Source: an uncultured delta proteobacterium
Lineage (GTDB): Bacteria > Desulfobacterota > Desulfobacteria > Desulfobacterales > Desulfosalsimonadaceae
Direction of reading: 5' to 3'
DNA: 64,000 nucleotides
Assembly (NCBI GenBank): GCA_963826785.1
Contig: CAWGYD010000001.1
Location: 160,001-224,000 of the forward strand
A model generated the notes under the pieces. The model made no database searches. It was not told the DNA's origin and saw nothing but the letters and a program-made list of their open reading frames with translations. The translations under genes were made by a program, and so were the position numbers. This document shows, piece after piece, positions 9,397 to 19,188 of this stretch (its first letter is position 1; each line of letters begins with the position of its first letter).

Positions 9397-12159
9397 ATGT
9401 CTGATAAGAGCAGGCGCATGCGTTTATGGGCGGGGTGTCTGGCGGCAATTTTATTCATTGCGTTTGGATATGTGGATGCCGGTCATGGTAAGACCGGTGA
9501 CGATCCCTATGTGACCGGTCTGCCGGAACTCACTCCCCAGGAACTGGAGTGGCAGAATCAGCATATGGTGCGGGTGAAGAAAGTCCGGCTCAACCCGATT
9601 GGCCTGGAGCGGGTGAATAAGGCGCGCAGGGGGAAGGGGATGGCGCCGCTCTCTTCGATAACCGCCGGTATGGTGGAGAAGGGAAAGGAAATCGATGGCG
9701 TGATCGGCGCCCCTGCAGCAGGAGAAAACATTTCGGCGGCTGACCCGGCGCTGCAGGTGATGCCCGCCTATATCGACAACAGCGCCCTGAAGTATTTTCC
9801 ACCCATCCGCTCCCAGGGATCACTGAATTCCTGCGGGTGTTTTTCCGGCACCTATTATGCCATGACCTATATGAATGCCATGGCCAATGATCTGGATGCC
9901 AAGGGGGGCGGGGAGGGTCTTCGCTTGAGCCCCAGGTGGACCTACAACATGGTCAATGGCGGGGAGAATGCGGGAAGCTGGTATTACTGGGCGTATGAGA
10001 TCGGCCAGAAGCACGGCTGCGCCACCTGGGCGCAATTCCCCTATGTCGGATCCACCGCGAGCGCCTCGTATTACCGGGACTGGAGCGTGAATCCTGAGGT
10101 ATGGCGAGATTCCATCAATCGCCGGTTCGACCAGTACGGATATGTCTCCAACACTAATCTCGATTCCGGGATCGAACAGGTCAAGCAGCTTCTGGTGAAC
10201 GGCTATATTCTCAATTTCCCGACCTACATCAATTCCTGGAACTGGAAGGCCATTTCAAATGACCCCGCCACAGATGCCGACGATTCCTTTGCGGGGAAAA
10301 ACTGCGCCTATTGGGTCAACGGCTATCAAGGGTATCACGGCATGACCGTGGTCGGCTACAATGACGACATCTGGGTGGATATAAATTCCAATGGATTTGT
10401 GGACCCCGGTGAGAAAGGCGCCTTCCGCATTGCCAACTCCTGGGGGACCGGCTGGGGCGAGGGCGGCTTCTGCTGGATGTCCTATGATGCCCTTAAGAAT
10501 CCATCGGCAGTTTCCGGAGGGCCCGGCGCCAATAGAACCTATGGATGGGAGCCGGCCCGGGCCCACTGGGTAACCGCCAGGACCGGATACCGGCCCGCCA
10601 TGGTGGCCGAGTTTACCGTAAATCATCTCAAGCGCAATCAGCTGCGCATTCACCTGGGGGTATCCGATACCTCCCGGATGTCGCCGACCACCACATGGTA
10701 CCCCGAAATGATCAATTTTCAGGGTGGGCCCTATGCCTTTGACGGGTCAACCACTGCGATGGACGGCACCTTCGTCTTTGACCTCACGGATATCGCCCCT
10801 TCAAACGGCGGCGAGAACAGGTATTATTTAGGCGTCTATGACAGCGCATCCGGCGACCCGGCCACCTTGACCGCATATCGACTCATCGATGCGGCAAACG
10901 GCGGGATCGAGACGCTGTCCTACGATGTTCCCCAGGCTGCGGACGCAAGCCAGGCCTATGCGTACACGGATTATTATTTCAATGACGGCAACGAATTGCC
11001 GGTGGCGGCCGCTTCGGCGGATACCACCTCCGGCCCGGCGCCTCTTACGGTGAATTTTGAGGGCGGTTTCTCCTATGATCCGGACGGCACCCTTTCTCTG
11101 TATGCCTGGGATTTCGGGGATGGCGGTTCTGCAAATGGAGAGAGCGCCATCCACACCTATAATTCAGCCGGAACGTATACGGCAGTGCTTACCGTGACGG
11201 ACAACCAGGGGGCAAAAAGCACCGATTCCCTGACCATCGCAGTAATGCCGGCACCCCCTGAAAACATGTATGTGGCCGCCATCGACATGGATCTGTCCAT
11301 CCGCGGGAAAAACAGCGCGGGCATGGCCCGGGTGACCCTGCAGGATGAAAATCACAATGCGGTGGCCAATGCAGCGGTCACCGGGAAGTGGAGCGGAACG
11401 GCCACCAACCCGGCATCGGGAATCACCGGTGCGGACGGAAGCGTCTGGTTGTCTTCAGACAACATCAAAGGTACGGGGGTGTTTACCTTCACCGTCACCC
11501 AGGTGTCTGCTTCCGGATATGTTTATGAATCCTCCTTAAATGTTGAAACCTCCGATTCCATTTCCACGGGCGGATCGGTCAACCAGAAGCCGGTGGCGAA
11601 CGCGGGTGCGGATCAGACCGTTACCATGGGGGAGGCGGTCAGTTTCTCCGGCGCGGCCTCCTCTGACCCGGACGGCAGCATCAATTCATACAACTGGAAT
11701 TTTGGGGATGGGGCCACCGCTGGCGGCGTGACGGCAAGCCATGTCTATGGCTCGGCAGGCACATACACGGCAACCCTGACGGTGGTGGATAATGCCGGGG
11801 CCACGGATTCCGACGCCATCATCATAACCGTCTTGAGCGGTACGGTGACGGACATGTATATTTCCGATATTTCGCTCTATCCGGCATACAAAGGGAAGAA
11901 CTGCAATATCACCGTGCAGGTGGTCGTCATGGATGCAAATGGCCACCCGGTGGCCAATGCTTCCGTTTCCGGTCGATGGGGCGGATTGTTCAACGGACAG
12001 GTCTCAGCGGTTACTGCAGCAGACGGAATGGCGACATTTCTATCCGCCAATACAAAAGTTTCCGGCGAGGTGATTTTTACCGTAACCGATGTTGCGGCGG
12101 CCGGATACGCTTACAATCCGAATATGGATAATGAAACCACCGATTCCCTGAACCTGTAA
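9397..12159 (+). CDS. Secreted papain-family (C1) cysteine peptidase with two PKD and two Ig-like C-terminal domains
   Basis: N-terminal signal peptide; QGSLNSC (oxyanion Gln and catalytic Cys), GYHGMTVVGY (His), IANSWGTGWG (Asn); two WDFGDG/WNFGDG PKD motifs. Confidence 0.85.
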   Translation: MSDKSRRMRLWAGCLAAILFIAFGYVDAGHGKTGDDPYVTGLPELTPQELEWQNQHMVRVKKVRLNPIGLERVNKARRGKGMAPLSSITAGMVEKGKEIDGVIGAPAAGENISAADPALQVMPAYIDNSALKYFPPIRSQGSLNSCGCFSGTYYAMTYMNAMANDLDAKGGGEGLRLSPRWTYNMVNGGENAGSWYYWAYEIGQKHGCATWAQFPYVGSTASASYYRDWSVNPEVWRDSINRRFDQYGYVSNTNLDSGIEQVKQLLVNGYILNFPTYINSWNWKAISNDPATDADDSFAGKNCAYWVNGYQGYHGMTVVGYNDDIWVDINSNGFVDPGEKGAFRIANSWGTGWGEGGFCWMSYDALKNPSAVSGGPGANRTYGWEPARAHWVTARTGYRPAMVAEFTVNHLKRNQLRIHLGVSDTSRMSPTTTWYPEMINFQGGPYAFDGSTTAMDGTFVFDLTDIAPSNGGENRYYLGVYDSASGDPATLTAYRLIDAANGGIETLSYDVPQAADASQAYAYTDYYFNDGNELPVAAASADTTSGPAPLTVNFEGGFSYDPDGTLSLYAWDFGDGGSANGESAIHTYNSAGTYTAVLTVTDNQGAKSTDSLTIAVMPAPPENMYVAAIDMDLSIRGKNSAGMARVTLQDENHNAVANAAVTGKWSGTATNPASGITGADGSVWLSSDNIKGTGVFTFTVTQVSASGYVYESSLNVETSDSISTGGSVNQKPVANAGADQTVTMGEAVSFSGAASSDPDGSINSYNWNFGDGATAGGVTASHVYGSAGTYTATLTVVDNAGATDSDAIIITVLSGTVTDMYISDISLYPAYKGKNCNITVQVVVMDANGHPVANASVSGRWGGLFNGQVSAVTAADGMATFLSANTKVSGEVIFTVTDVAAAGYAYNPNMDNETTDSLNL

Positions 12160-12174
12160 GGATCAGTCATTCAG

Positions 12175-12222
12175 AAAAAGGCGGCATGCAGCAGATGTTC
12201 ATAGTTGTATGCCGCCTTTTTT
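12175..12222. terminator. Bidirectional terminator between convergent genes
   Basis: AAAAAGGCGGCAT...ATGCCGCCTTTTTT, with A/T tracts on both sides. Confidence 0.75.
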
Positions 12223-12356
12223 GGGCGCATGGGAAGAAACGGGTCAATCCTCTTTAAAGGTTTTTTTCAGGGTGCGGGTAAAGTCAACATTTCCGTTGAT
12301 GTTCTTGACATGCGATATTCCCAATACTTTGCTTTAACGGACAACACAAAGAGAAT

Positions 12357-13469
12357 TTAGGGGCCGGACGGATATCGCCTCATGAATTTTCGATCAAGAT
12401 AATCCTTGATGAGAAAAGCCGTGCGCCCTTCGAAGCTGATCCCCCCCTTGTGGAAAATTCCCGTCTTGTCGCCCATGTTGAAAATCAGAAGGTAGCCCCC
12501 GCCTGGATTGAAAGCCCGCAGGGGATTTTTCCCCAGCGCCGCTATCAAGTTGTGAAAAAGCACGGAATTTTCCCTGACAGCATAAACGCCGACCTTGTCC
12601 AGCGGCAAATCTTCGAAATAAATGCAGTCTCCCCCGCCGAAAAGGTTGGGAAAAGCGGAACTCTGAAGAAACCGGTTGACCCTCAGCCCGCCTTCGGGGC
12701 CGGAAGGGATGCCCGATTGGGTGAAAACAGGGGTGGGTTTTACCCCGACTGCGACAAAGATGATATCATATTCATGTATTTCACCGCTTCTATCGATGAC
12801 CGCCCCGGATTGGATCTTATCTATTTCACATCCTTCAATTAATGCTATGCCCCGTCGCTTCAGAGCGGATCGCGCCCGGCTGCGCACCCCCAGGGGAAAA
12901 CCGTCCAGGAGGGCTTGTTTTGACAGGATCGCAATACGTAAGGGGCGCACGTCCTCTATGTGACAGAGCCGGTCCAGGTTGCCCGCGATTTCCACTGCCG
13001 ACGGACCACCCCCGATAATGCCGACGGTAATCGGTTTTCGGGCGCCGAGTTCCAATATTCGCTCCCTGGCTTTAACGAGCCCCTCGATGGGCTTTACCGG
13101 GAAGACGTCGTCCATGGAGCCCTGGATCAGATCCCTTGGCACCTGGCTGCCCAGGTTGCAGGACAGCACATCATAGGTGATCTCGTCACCGGATTCCAGC
13201 CGGACAAGCCGATTCTGCGCATCAATGGCCGACACCCGTCCGCATATGAATGTGCCGCCGCGGTTTTCCACCATCTGCTTGACATTAAACCGGATCTCAT
13301 CGGGTCGATAGAATCCCCCCAACATGCCCGGCCCCATTCCGGAGTAGTAATGATATGCAGATGGTCCGATCACCGCAGCCCGATAGCCGAGATCGGAAAA
13401 TGCATCCAGGTGGACCAGGGTTTCCATGTGGGCATGCCCGGCACCGGCCAGCAGCAGGTTGGTTCTCAT
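12357..13469 (-). CDS. FAD-dependent pyridine nucleotide-disulfide oxidoreductase (NDH-2-like; resembles the domain fused N-terminally to SelD)
   Basis: LLAGAGHAH, YYSGMGPG, IIGGGPSAVE, FGGGDC, KVGVYAVR. Start placed at ATG 13469 after GAGG; alternative start 13484. Confidence 0.75.
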   Translation of the reverse strand: MRTNLLLAGAGHAHMETLVHLDAFSDLGYRAAVIGPSAYHYYSGMGPGMLGGFYRPDEIRFNVKQMVENRGGTFICGRVSAIDAQNRLVRLESGDEITYDVLSCNLGSQVPRDLIQGSMDDVFPVKPIEGLVKARERILELGARKPITVGIIGGGPSAVEIAGNLDRLCHIEDVRPLRIAILSKQALLDGFPLGVRSRARSALKRRGIALIEGCEIDKIQSGAVIDRSGEIHEYDIIFVAVGVKPTPVFTQSGIPSGPEGGLRVNRFLQSSAFPNLFGGGDCIYFEDLPLDKVGVYAVRENSVLFHNLIAALGKNPLRAFNPGGGYLLIFNMGDKTGIFHKGGISFEGRTAFLIKDYLDRKFMRRYPSGP

Positions 13470-13801
13470 TCTCGCCTCTTTCATATTATCAATTGAAATT
13501 TAGAACAGCATACCGGGCAACAGAATATAGTGAAATGCCCAAAAATACCAGAATCATCATACCCCGTGCCTTTTCATAAGGCTAAAGCGCTAAAAAAAAG
13601 AATGAATTTGCATTCGCTTTCGTGCGGTGAAGGCTTATAGGTTTTATCCGACGAACATCCGCATTTCGCAGAATGCGGCCGCATCTCATCGGCGAAAAAG
13701 AAACCCAGGGCGTTAAAGTTCAGATGCGTAAAAAGAAAGTACTGCAAAGTAAAAATTGAGCAAGATCCAGTGGCAAAACCCGTCAATAGCGTAATCTGAA
13801 G

Positions 13802-14353
13802 ATGAATCGAAAAAATTTGATTCCCGTCTTTTCTCTCTTTCTGGCGGCCCTTTGCATGCCGGTGCATGCGGATGGCCCCGAATATCGCGATAAGGCCGAA
13901 AAACTGCTCAATTTCGCCCTTTTCATCGAATGGCCGAAGAGCGCCTTTGAAACGCACTCCAGTCCTTTTCGCGTCGGAATACTGGGGAAGAATCCATTTG
14001 GGCGACAGCTTGAGCGTACATTTGATGAGCGTCTCATCGGCGGTCATCCGGTCGAAATTGTCCACATGGAGGATGCGCCGGCCAAACCGGGGACGTTTCA
14101 TTTGGTTTTCATCAGCCGGTCCGAAAGTCGTTATCTGAACCGGGTAATTGCCCAGTTGCGTCAGACGAATGCGTTGATTGTATACGACGGTGAGTGCAAT
14201 GATTTTTGCCGTCAAGGCGGTATGGTTTGCTTTTTTGATCACGATGATGAGGTGCGCTTTCATTTGAATGCGGATGCCATCAAAAAAGCCGGATTGGAAA
14301 TCGACTCAAAACTGATGCGGATGGCCGCATCTGTCAATTGCGGGGATGAATGA
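13802..14353 (+). CDS. YfiR/DUF4154-family periplasmic protein
   Basis: Signal peptide; EY..KA..L.NFA.FIEWP, GILG.NPFG and F..N.DA.K.AGL.IDSKL motifs. Confidence 0.8.
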   Translation: MNRKNLIPVFSLFLAALCMPVHADGPEYRDKAEKLLNFALFIEWPKSAFETHSSPFRVGILGKNPFGRQLERTFDERLIGGHPVEIVHMEDAPAKPGTFHLVFISRSESRYLNRVIAQLRQTNALIVYDGECNDFCRQGGMVCFFDHDDEVRFHLNADAIKKAGLEIDSKLMRMAASVNCGDE

Positions 14354-15845
14354 GGGCTCGACTATGGTGAAAAGTCCTCAAAACTGGTCCATCCGGCACA
14401 AGCTTCTGGCCATTATTCTCACCTTCTTATCCGCCTACCTCTGTTTTTTAGTGGGGGGAATCGTGATATATGAAATCGCCACTTACTTTTCCCGGATGAA
14501 GGCGGAAGTAAATGATCTGGGCTGGTTCATTGCTGTCAACAGCGCCCCGTCTCTGGCTTTTAATGATCCGCAGACGGCCCGGGAGATTTTAAATACGCTG
14601 GCCTCGCAACCGGAAATCGAGGCGGCGGCATTATATAGACCCAACGGCGCGTTGTTTGCCGCCTATGTCCGGAAAAACGAAAAAGACATCGTGCTGCCGT
14701 CCTCCCCCGGTCCGGAAGGGATACGGCGCGATGGAATGTCCATGGATATGGTAAAAAAGATCCGGCAGAAGGGGCAGGACTTGGGAACCCTTTACATCCA
14801 TTCGGATATTGCCCTGCTGCATTCGCGGCTGAAGGGGTATATGGGCTTTTTGGGGGTAATGGTGCTGGCAACGGTCGGGGGGGCCTTTTTGCTCCAGTGG
14901 CTTTTGCGCAAAATGATATCCGAGCCGCTGCTGAGTCTTGCGCGCTCTGCAAAGCGCATTGCAGCAGGCGATCTTGATCATCGGGTCGAGGAAGGCTCCG
15001 GCGATGAATTCGGCCAACTGGCGCACGCATTCAATCAGATGACGTCGGACCTGCAGTACTATTACGCCGTTCTGGAAGATTCCCGCAACAAACTCAAAAT
15101 TCGCGTAGCAGAGCGAACGGCCGAAGTCGAAGAGCGATCCCGCCAGCTCCAGCAGCTTGCATTGAGGCTTTCCGAAGCGGAAGACCGGGAACGCCGGCAG
15201 ATCGCCCTGATTCTTCATGACGATCTTCAACAATATCTTGCCGCCGTGCGCTTCCATCTTCAACGTTTGATCCCGCCGGAAATGGATTTAAACGGGATCG
15301 AGGCGCATGCGCGCAAGCTTATCGGGCTTATCGACGAGAGCATCCAGAAATGCCGATCCCTGTCTCACGACCTGAGCCCTCCCGTTCTGCACCAGAACGG
15401 ATTGTTTGCTGCGCTGGAATGGTTGGCGCGTGACATGCAGGAGAAGCACGGCCAGAAAGTGTACCTCCAACTCCAGCAGGAAGCTGAACCAGAAGATCCG
15501 GCACTGGCGGTCATGCTGTATCATTCCATCAAGGAACTGGTATTTAATTCCGCAAAACATTCCGGCGTGGATTCGGTTCGGGTGGAGGCGGAGAAAAGAA
15601 ACGGATTTTACCGTATCCGCGTGAGTGATCGGGGAAAAGGGTATGATTCGAACCACCGATCTTTAAAAGATCAGGGCGCCGGTTTCGGTCTGTTCACGAT
15701 TGAGGAAAGGATAACGTACATGGGCGGCCGCTTTGATATTGACTGCGCGCAAGGAAAGGGATTTTGCGTAATGCTGGAGATTCCGGAACAAGGGAAAAGC
15801 GTGGTGGAAAAAATTGAAAATCAGCCTCCCGGCGCACCTTCATGA
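14346..15845 (+). CDS. Membrane sensor histidine kinase (periplasmic sensor, HAMP, HisKA_3-type, HATPase)
   Basis: Two TM segments, HAMP (DEFGQLAHAFNQM), H-box ERRQIALILHDDLQQ, N-box ELVFNSAKHS, G-boxes DRGKG and GFGL. Confidence 0.85.
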   Translation: MNEGSTMVKSPQNWSIRHKLLAIILTFLSAYLCFLVGGIVIYEIATYFSRMKAEVNDLGWFIAVNSAPSLAFNDPQTAREILNTLASQPEIEAAALYRPNGALFAAYVRKNEKDIVLPSSPGPEGIRRDGMSMDMVKKIRQKGQDLGTLYIHSDIALLHSRLKGYMGFLGVMVLATVGGAFLLQWLLRKMISEPLLSLARSAKRIAAGDLDHRVEEGSGDEFGQLAHAFNQMTSDLQYYYAVLEDSRNKLKIRVAERTAEVEERSRQLQQLALRLSEAEDRERRQIALILHDDLQQYLAAVRFHLQRLIPPEMDLNGIEAHARKLIGLIDESIQKCRSLSHDLSPPVLHQNGLFAALEWLARDMQEKHGQKVYLQLQQEAEPEDPALAVMLYHSIKELVFNSAKHSGVDSVRVEAEKRNGFYRIRVSDRGKGYDSNHRSLKDQGAGFGLFTIEERITYMGGRFDIDCAQGKGFCVMLEIPEQGKSVVEKIENQPPGAPS

Positions 15846-15888
15846 GCTTTTTTCGGCATTTCGAAAAGCTCGATTGCCCCAAGCCAAT

Positions 15889-16050
15889 TCATGATGTTTC
15901 CGATGAGCCTGCCTGATCTTCATTTTGGTTTTCTGGGGCTTCCGATTCATCTTCTTTCAGTTCGGATTTGCGCTGCCGCTTCAATTCCTGTTTTTCCTTT
16001 TTAGCTAATTCTTTTTGGCGTTTTTTAAATTGATAGTTTGGTTTTGCCAA
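15889..16050 (-). CDS. Small charged protein (53 aa), not in ORF track
   Basis: AAGGAG SD, then TTG. Protein MAKPNYQFKKRQKELAKKEKQELKRQRKSELKEDESEAPENQNEDQAGSSETS; lies downstream of csp on the same strand. Confidence 0.65.
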   Translation of the reverse strand: MAKPNYQFKKRQKELAKKEKQELKRQRKSELKEDESEAPENQNEDQAGSSETS

Positions 16051-16133
16051 ATGGGATCTCCTTTAAATTATATATAGATCATTTTTTTATGAGCTGGCAG
16101 GCGGCGGTGTCGAATGACCTCTGGTGCTCAAAT

Positions 16134-16171
16134 AAAAAGGGCACTCCTTCTTTTGGAAGGAATGCCCTTTT
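16134..16171 (-). terminator. Terminator after cold-shock gene
   Basis: Minus strand: AAAAGGGCATTCCTTCC...GAAGGAGTGCCCTTTTT. Confidence 0.7.
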
Positions 16172-16184
16172 GTACATCAGAAAA

Positions 16185-16385
16185 TTAGTTGGCGGTCACA
16201 TTTTTCGCCGAGGGGCCTTTTTGACCTTGCTCGATGTCAAAAGTTACGCTGTCGCCTTCTTTAAGGCTTTTAAAACCGCTTGCGTTTATTGCTGAATGAT
16301 GAACAAACACATCCGGCCCATTTTCCTGTTCGATAAACCCGAACCCTTTTTGGTCGTTAAACCATTTCACAGTTCCATTTGCCAT
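16185..16385 (-). CDS. Cold-shock protein (CspA family)
   Basis: GTVKWFN..KGFGFI (RNP1) and DVFVH.SAI (RNP2); 66 aa. Confidence 0.95.
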   Translation of the reverse strand: MANGTVKWFNDQKGFGFIEQENGPDVFVHHSAINASGFKSLKEGDSVTFDIEQGQKGPSAKNVTAN

Positions 16386-16767
16386 GATAACATCCTCCTT
16401 TCATAAAATTCTCAAAATCTTCTACTGGAGGATGTTGCATGTTCCTTCAGAAAAAAATCGCCCTGACAGTCAAAGGCAGAGCCATGTTGATTGAAAGAAT
16501 ATTAACACTCTTTATATCAAAAGCAAGTGAATTGTTCGAAAAAAAGTTAAAAGCAACAAAGCCGATCCATTAAAAAAGAGGCGGATTGGGTTTTCTGACT
16601 TTTGGGTTTTATGCTATTTATTTGATATGATGTATAAAATCGATGATCAATAACCATTTCGGCGCAGTCTTAACAATGAGATTTGAGACCAAAAAATAAT
16701 TTTTTAATTATCATGTGCTGATATATAAATTATACGCGCGGCCTTTTTTCCGACCGATAGCCGCTTC

Positions 16768-16806
16768 AAATAAAAAAGGCGGCCATTTAAGCCGCCTTTT
16801 TTATTT
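16768..16806. terminator. Terminator after tRNA-Arg/mltD transcript
   Basis: AAATAAAAAAGGCGGC-loop-GCCGCCTTTTTTATTT symmetric hairpin 4 nt after the tRNA CCA. Confidence 0.8.
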
Positions 16807-16810
16807 GCTG

Positions 16811-16886
16811 TGGTGCCCCCGGCAGGAATCGGACCTGCGGCACATGGATTAGGAATCCATTGCTCTATCCACTGAGCTACGGGGGC
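16811..16886 (-). tRNA. tRNA-Arg(CCT)
   Basis: GCCCCCGTAGCTCAGTGGATAGAGC..ATGGA-TT-CCT-AA-TCCAT..GCAGG-TCCGATT-CCTGC-CGGGGGCACCA cloverleaf with encoded CCA. Confidence 0.93.
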
Positions 16887-16900
16887 GTATGACGTTTTAT

Positions 16901-18727
16901 TTACTGCAACCGGAGTTCCTGTCCCGGATAAATGGTGCTTTTAAGGTTCATGTTATTGAGCCGAAGCAGTTGGTTGACGCTCATGTTGTACCGTTTGGCG
17001 ATATCCGAGGGGGTGTCCCCCTGGCGGACGGAATATACGGATGCAGTGACCTGGCCGTGACCCGGCCCCGCCGGAATCACCAGCTTCTGGCCGATATACA
17101 GGTTGACGGTTTTCAGGGTATTGAGTTCCTGTATTTTCTTGGTGGTGGTATCATAGCGCTTGGCCAGAATCCACAACGAATCGCCCTGGCGGACGGTGTA
17201 AGACACCACCGGGGCATTTTCCTCTTCCCCGGAAACGCAGGACTGTGGAATTTTGAGGATTTTTCCGGAAACAATATAATTTTTCTTGTAGATGTTATTG
17301 TAGCGGGCGATCTGATTGACACTGGTTCCGTACCGGCAGGCTATGGTGGAGAGGGTTTCACCGGGGCGCACCCGATGATACACGACCCCAGGCCGTTTGG
17401 GGGCGGGGGTATATTCGGAAATTTTGTCCAGGCTGGCGAACAGCAGCTCCTTTCGGTCAGCCGGAACTTTGAGCTCATATTCTTCAGGCGGCAGCAGCTT
17501 GTAGCGGAGTTCCGGGTTGATATCGGTCAACCGCTCCTCCGGCAGATGGATGATTTCGGCGATATCCTTCAGGTAGGCCTGCTTGGATACGGTCAGCGTA
17601 TCGAATTCCATGGGTGGATCCAACTGGAGATCCTTCATTCCGTATTCATCCATGTTGTTCAGGATGTGAACGGCGGCCATGAATTTGGGAACGTACCGGG
17701 CCGTTTCCCCGGGAAGCCGCTGGTAGAGATCCCAGAAATCGTCCAGGTAATTGACATTCTGATTTCGGATGGTCCGCAATACGCGGCCTTCTCCACAGTT
17801 GTAAGCGGCCAGGACGGTCTGCCAGTCGCCGAATATTTCATGAAGCTCCTTGAGGTATTCGATGGCGGCATGGGTCGACTTGTAGGGATCCAGGCGTTCA
17901 TCGATATACAGGTTGCGTTTCAGACCGAATTTATAGCCGGTGGAAGGGATGAACTGCCAGAGCCCCAGCGCCCGGGCACTGGATAGCGCCCTGACCTTGA
18001 AGCCGCTTTCAATCAGGGGAAGCCAGGAGAGTTCAGAGGGGATGCCGGCTTCAGTGAGTTCCTTGACGATATGATCCCGGTACCTGCCGGACCGCTTATA
18101 TGAACTGATGAAAAAATCGCGTCCCTGTCCCTTGGTAAAATAATCGATTTCCTTTTGCACATGTTCATTGATCACGATGGGAATGGCGTTATGATTTCCT
18201 TTGACGGTCGCATGCCGGGAGGCATAAATCTCCAGTATCCGCTTGGAGATCATGAACCGGAGGTCATCCTTCTGCTGGTTCAGCTTGGGCAGGTCATACG
18301 GATCCACTTCCGTGATCAGCGAATATGCCTGATCGAGGGCATGAAGCGCATTGTCAAGCTCACCCTGCTGCCAGAAGTCCTGGCCGGCCTGATAAAAATC
18401 AAGTGCTTCGTCCAGCTTGGACTGGATATTCTGGCTGAGAATTTCCTCATCGGGGGCAAGCGTTTCCGTGCCTTCCTCCATGTCGCCTTCCATCGGAATC
18501 ATCGGGACATACTCGATTTCGGATTCTTCGGATGACAGGATATCCTCTGAATCAAGGGCTCCATAAGTCTTGCACTGGATCGAATTGTCGGCCAGCGGGA
18601 CTTTGCCGGCGCCTGCCGGCTGATTCTTGGAAAATGCGGAACATCCGATCATAACCGCAGGGATGATACCGAAGACGATGAGCAGGCGGAGAATCGATTT
18701 CAATGGGAACTTGCGTTTTTGCGTCAT
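16901..18727 (-). CDS. mltD: Membrane-bound lytic murein transglycosylase D-like lipoprotein (SLT domain plus LysM repeats)
   Basis: Lipobox MIGC; SLT motifs IESGF...A.GLWQFIPSTG, LAAYNCGEG, ETARYVPK; three LysM motifs (V..G(D/E)(T/S)). Confidence 0.85.
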   Translation of the reverse strand: MTQKRKFPLKSILRLLIVFGIIPAVMIGCSAFSKNQPAGAGKVPLADNSIQCKTYGALDSEDILSSEESEIEYVPMIPMEGDMEEGTETLAPDEEILSQNIQSKLDEALDFYQAGQDFWQQGELDNALHALDQAYSLITEVDPYDLPKLNQQKDDLRFMISKRILEIYASRHATVKGNHNAIPIVINEHVQKEIDYFTKGQGRDFFISSYKRSGRYRDHIVKELTEAGIPSELSWLPLIESGFKVRALSSARALGLWQFIPSTGYKFGLKRNLYIDERLDPYKSTHAAIEYLKELHEIFGDWQTVLAAYNCGEGRVLRTIRNQNVNYLDDFWDLYQRLPGETARYVPKFMAAVHILNNMDEYGMKDLQLDPPMEFDTLTVSKQAYLKDIAEIIHLPEERLTDINPELRYKLLPPEEYELKVPADRKELLFASLDKISEYTPAPKRPGVVYHRVRPGETLSTIACRYGTSVNQIARYNNIYKKNYIVSGKILKIPQSCVSGEEENAPVVSYTVRQGDSLWILAKRYDTTTKKIQELNTLKTVNLYIGQKLVIPAGPGHGQVTASVYSVRQGDTPSDIAKRYNMSVNQLLRLNNMNLKSTIYPGQELRLQ

Positions 18728-19188
18728 GACTGGGTTGCACCTATAATTTATGGATATTATGATTTGGCGTGTTGGTACTCACCGCGGCGGCTGCATTAAT
18801 AATTTGAATCCCTTTTAAAAGATGATGATCGGGCGCCCGAAAAGGTGTCATGCCGCCGATCTTCACCAAAATACATCAAACCGTGTCTCAATGAGCGCGT
18901 ATTTTTTGCTTGCGTATTTTCAAAATATGTGGCATACGGGACAGAATTTTTTCCGATGCAATACAAAAGTGCCGTATATTATTGAAGATATATAATTAAA
19001 ACGGCGCAATAGCGCTCTTTTGATAAATTTGTAAAATAAGTACAGGATAAGATGGTCACTGTCAAGAATTTATGCCCGGGTGGAACGCATGATGGCTGAA
19101 AGCGTCGGACTTTTCGAGGAGTTGGCGGGACAAAGTCATGGCAGTTGGGTTGAAGTGGAAAAAAAGACAAAAAATCTGAAAATAAAAA

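Noticed and set aside
8970..16810. Genomic island integrated at the 3' end of tRNA-Arg
   Set aside because: No integrase or transposase, and I found no duplicated tRNA 3' end (att site); it is only a patch of accessory-looking genes.
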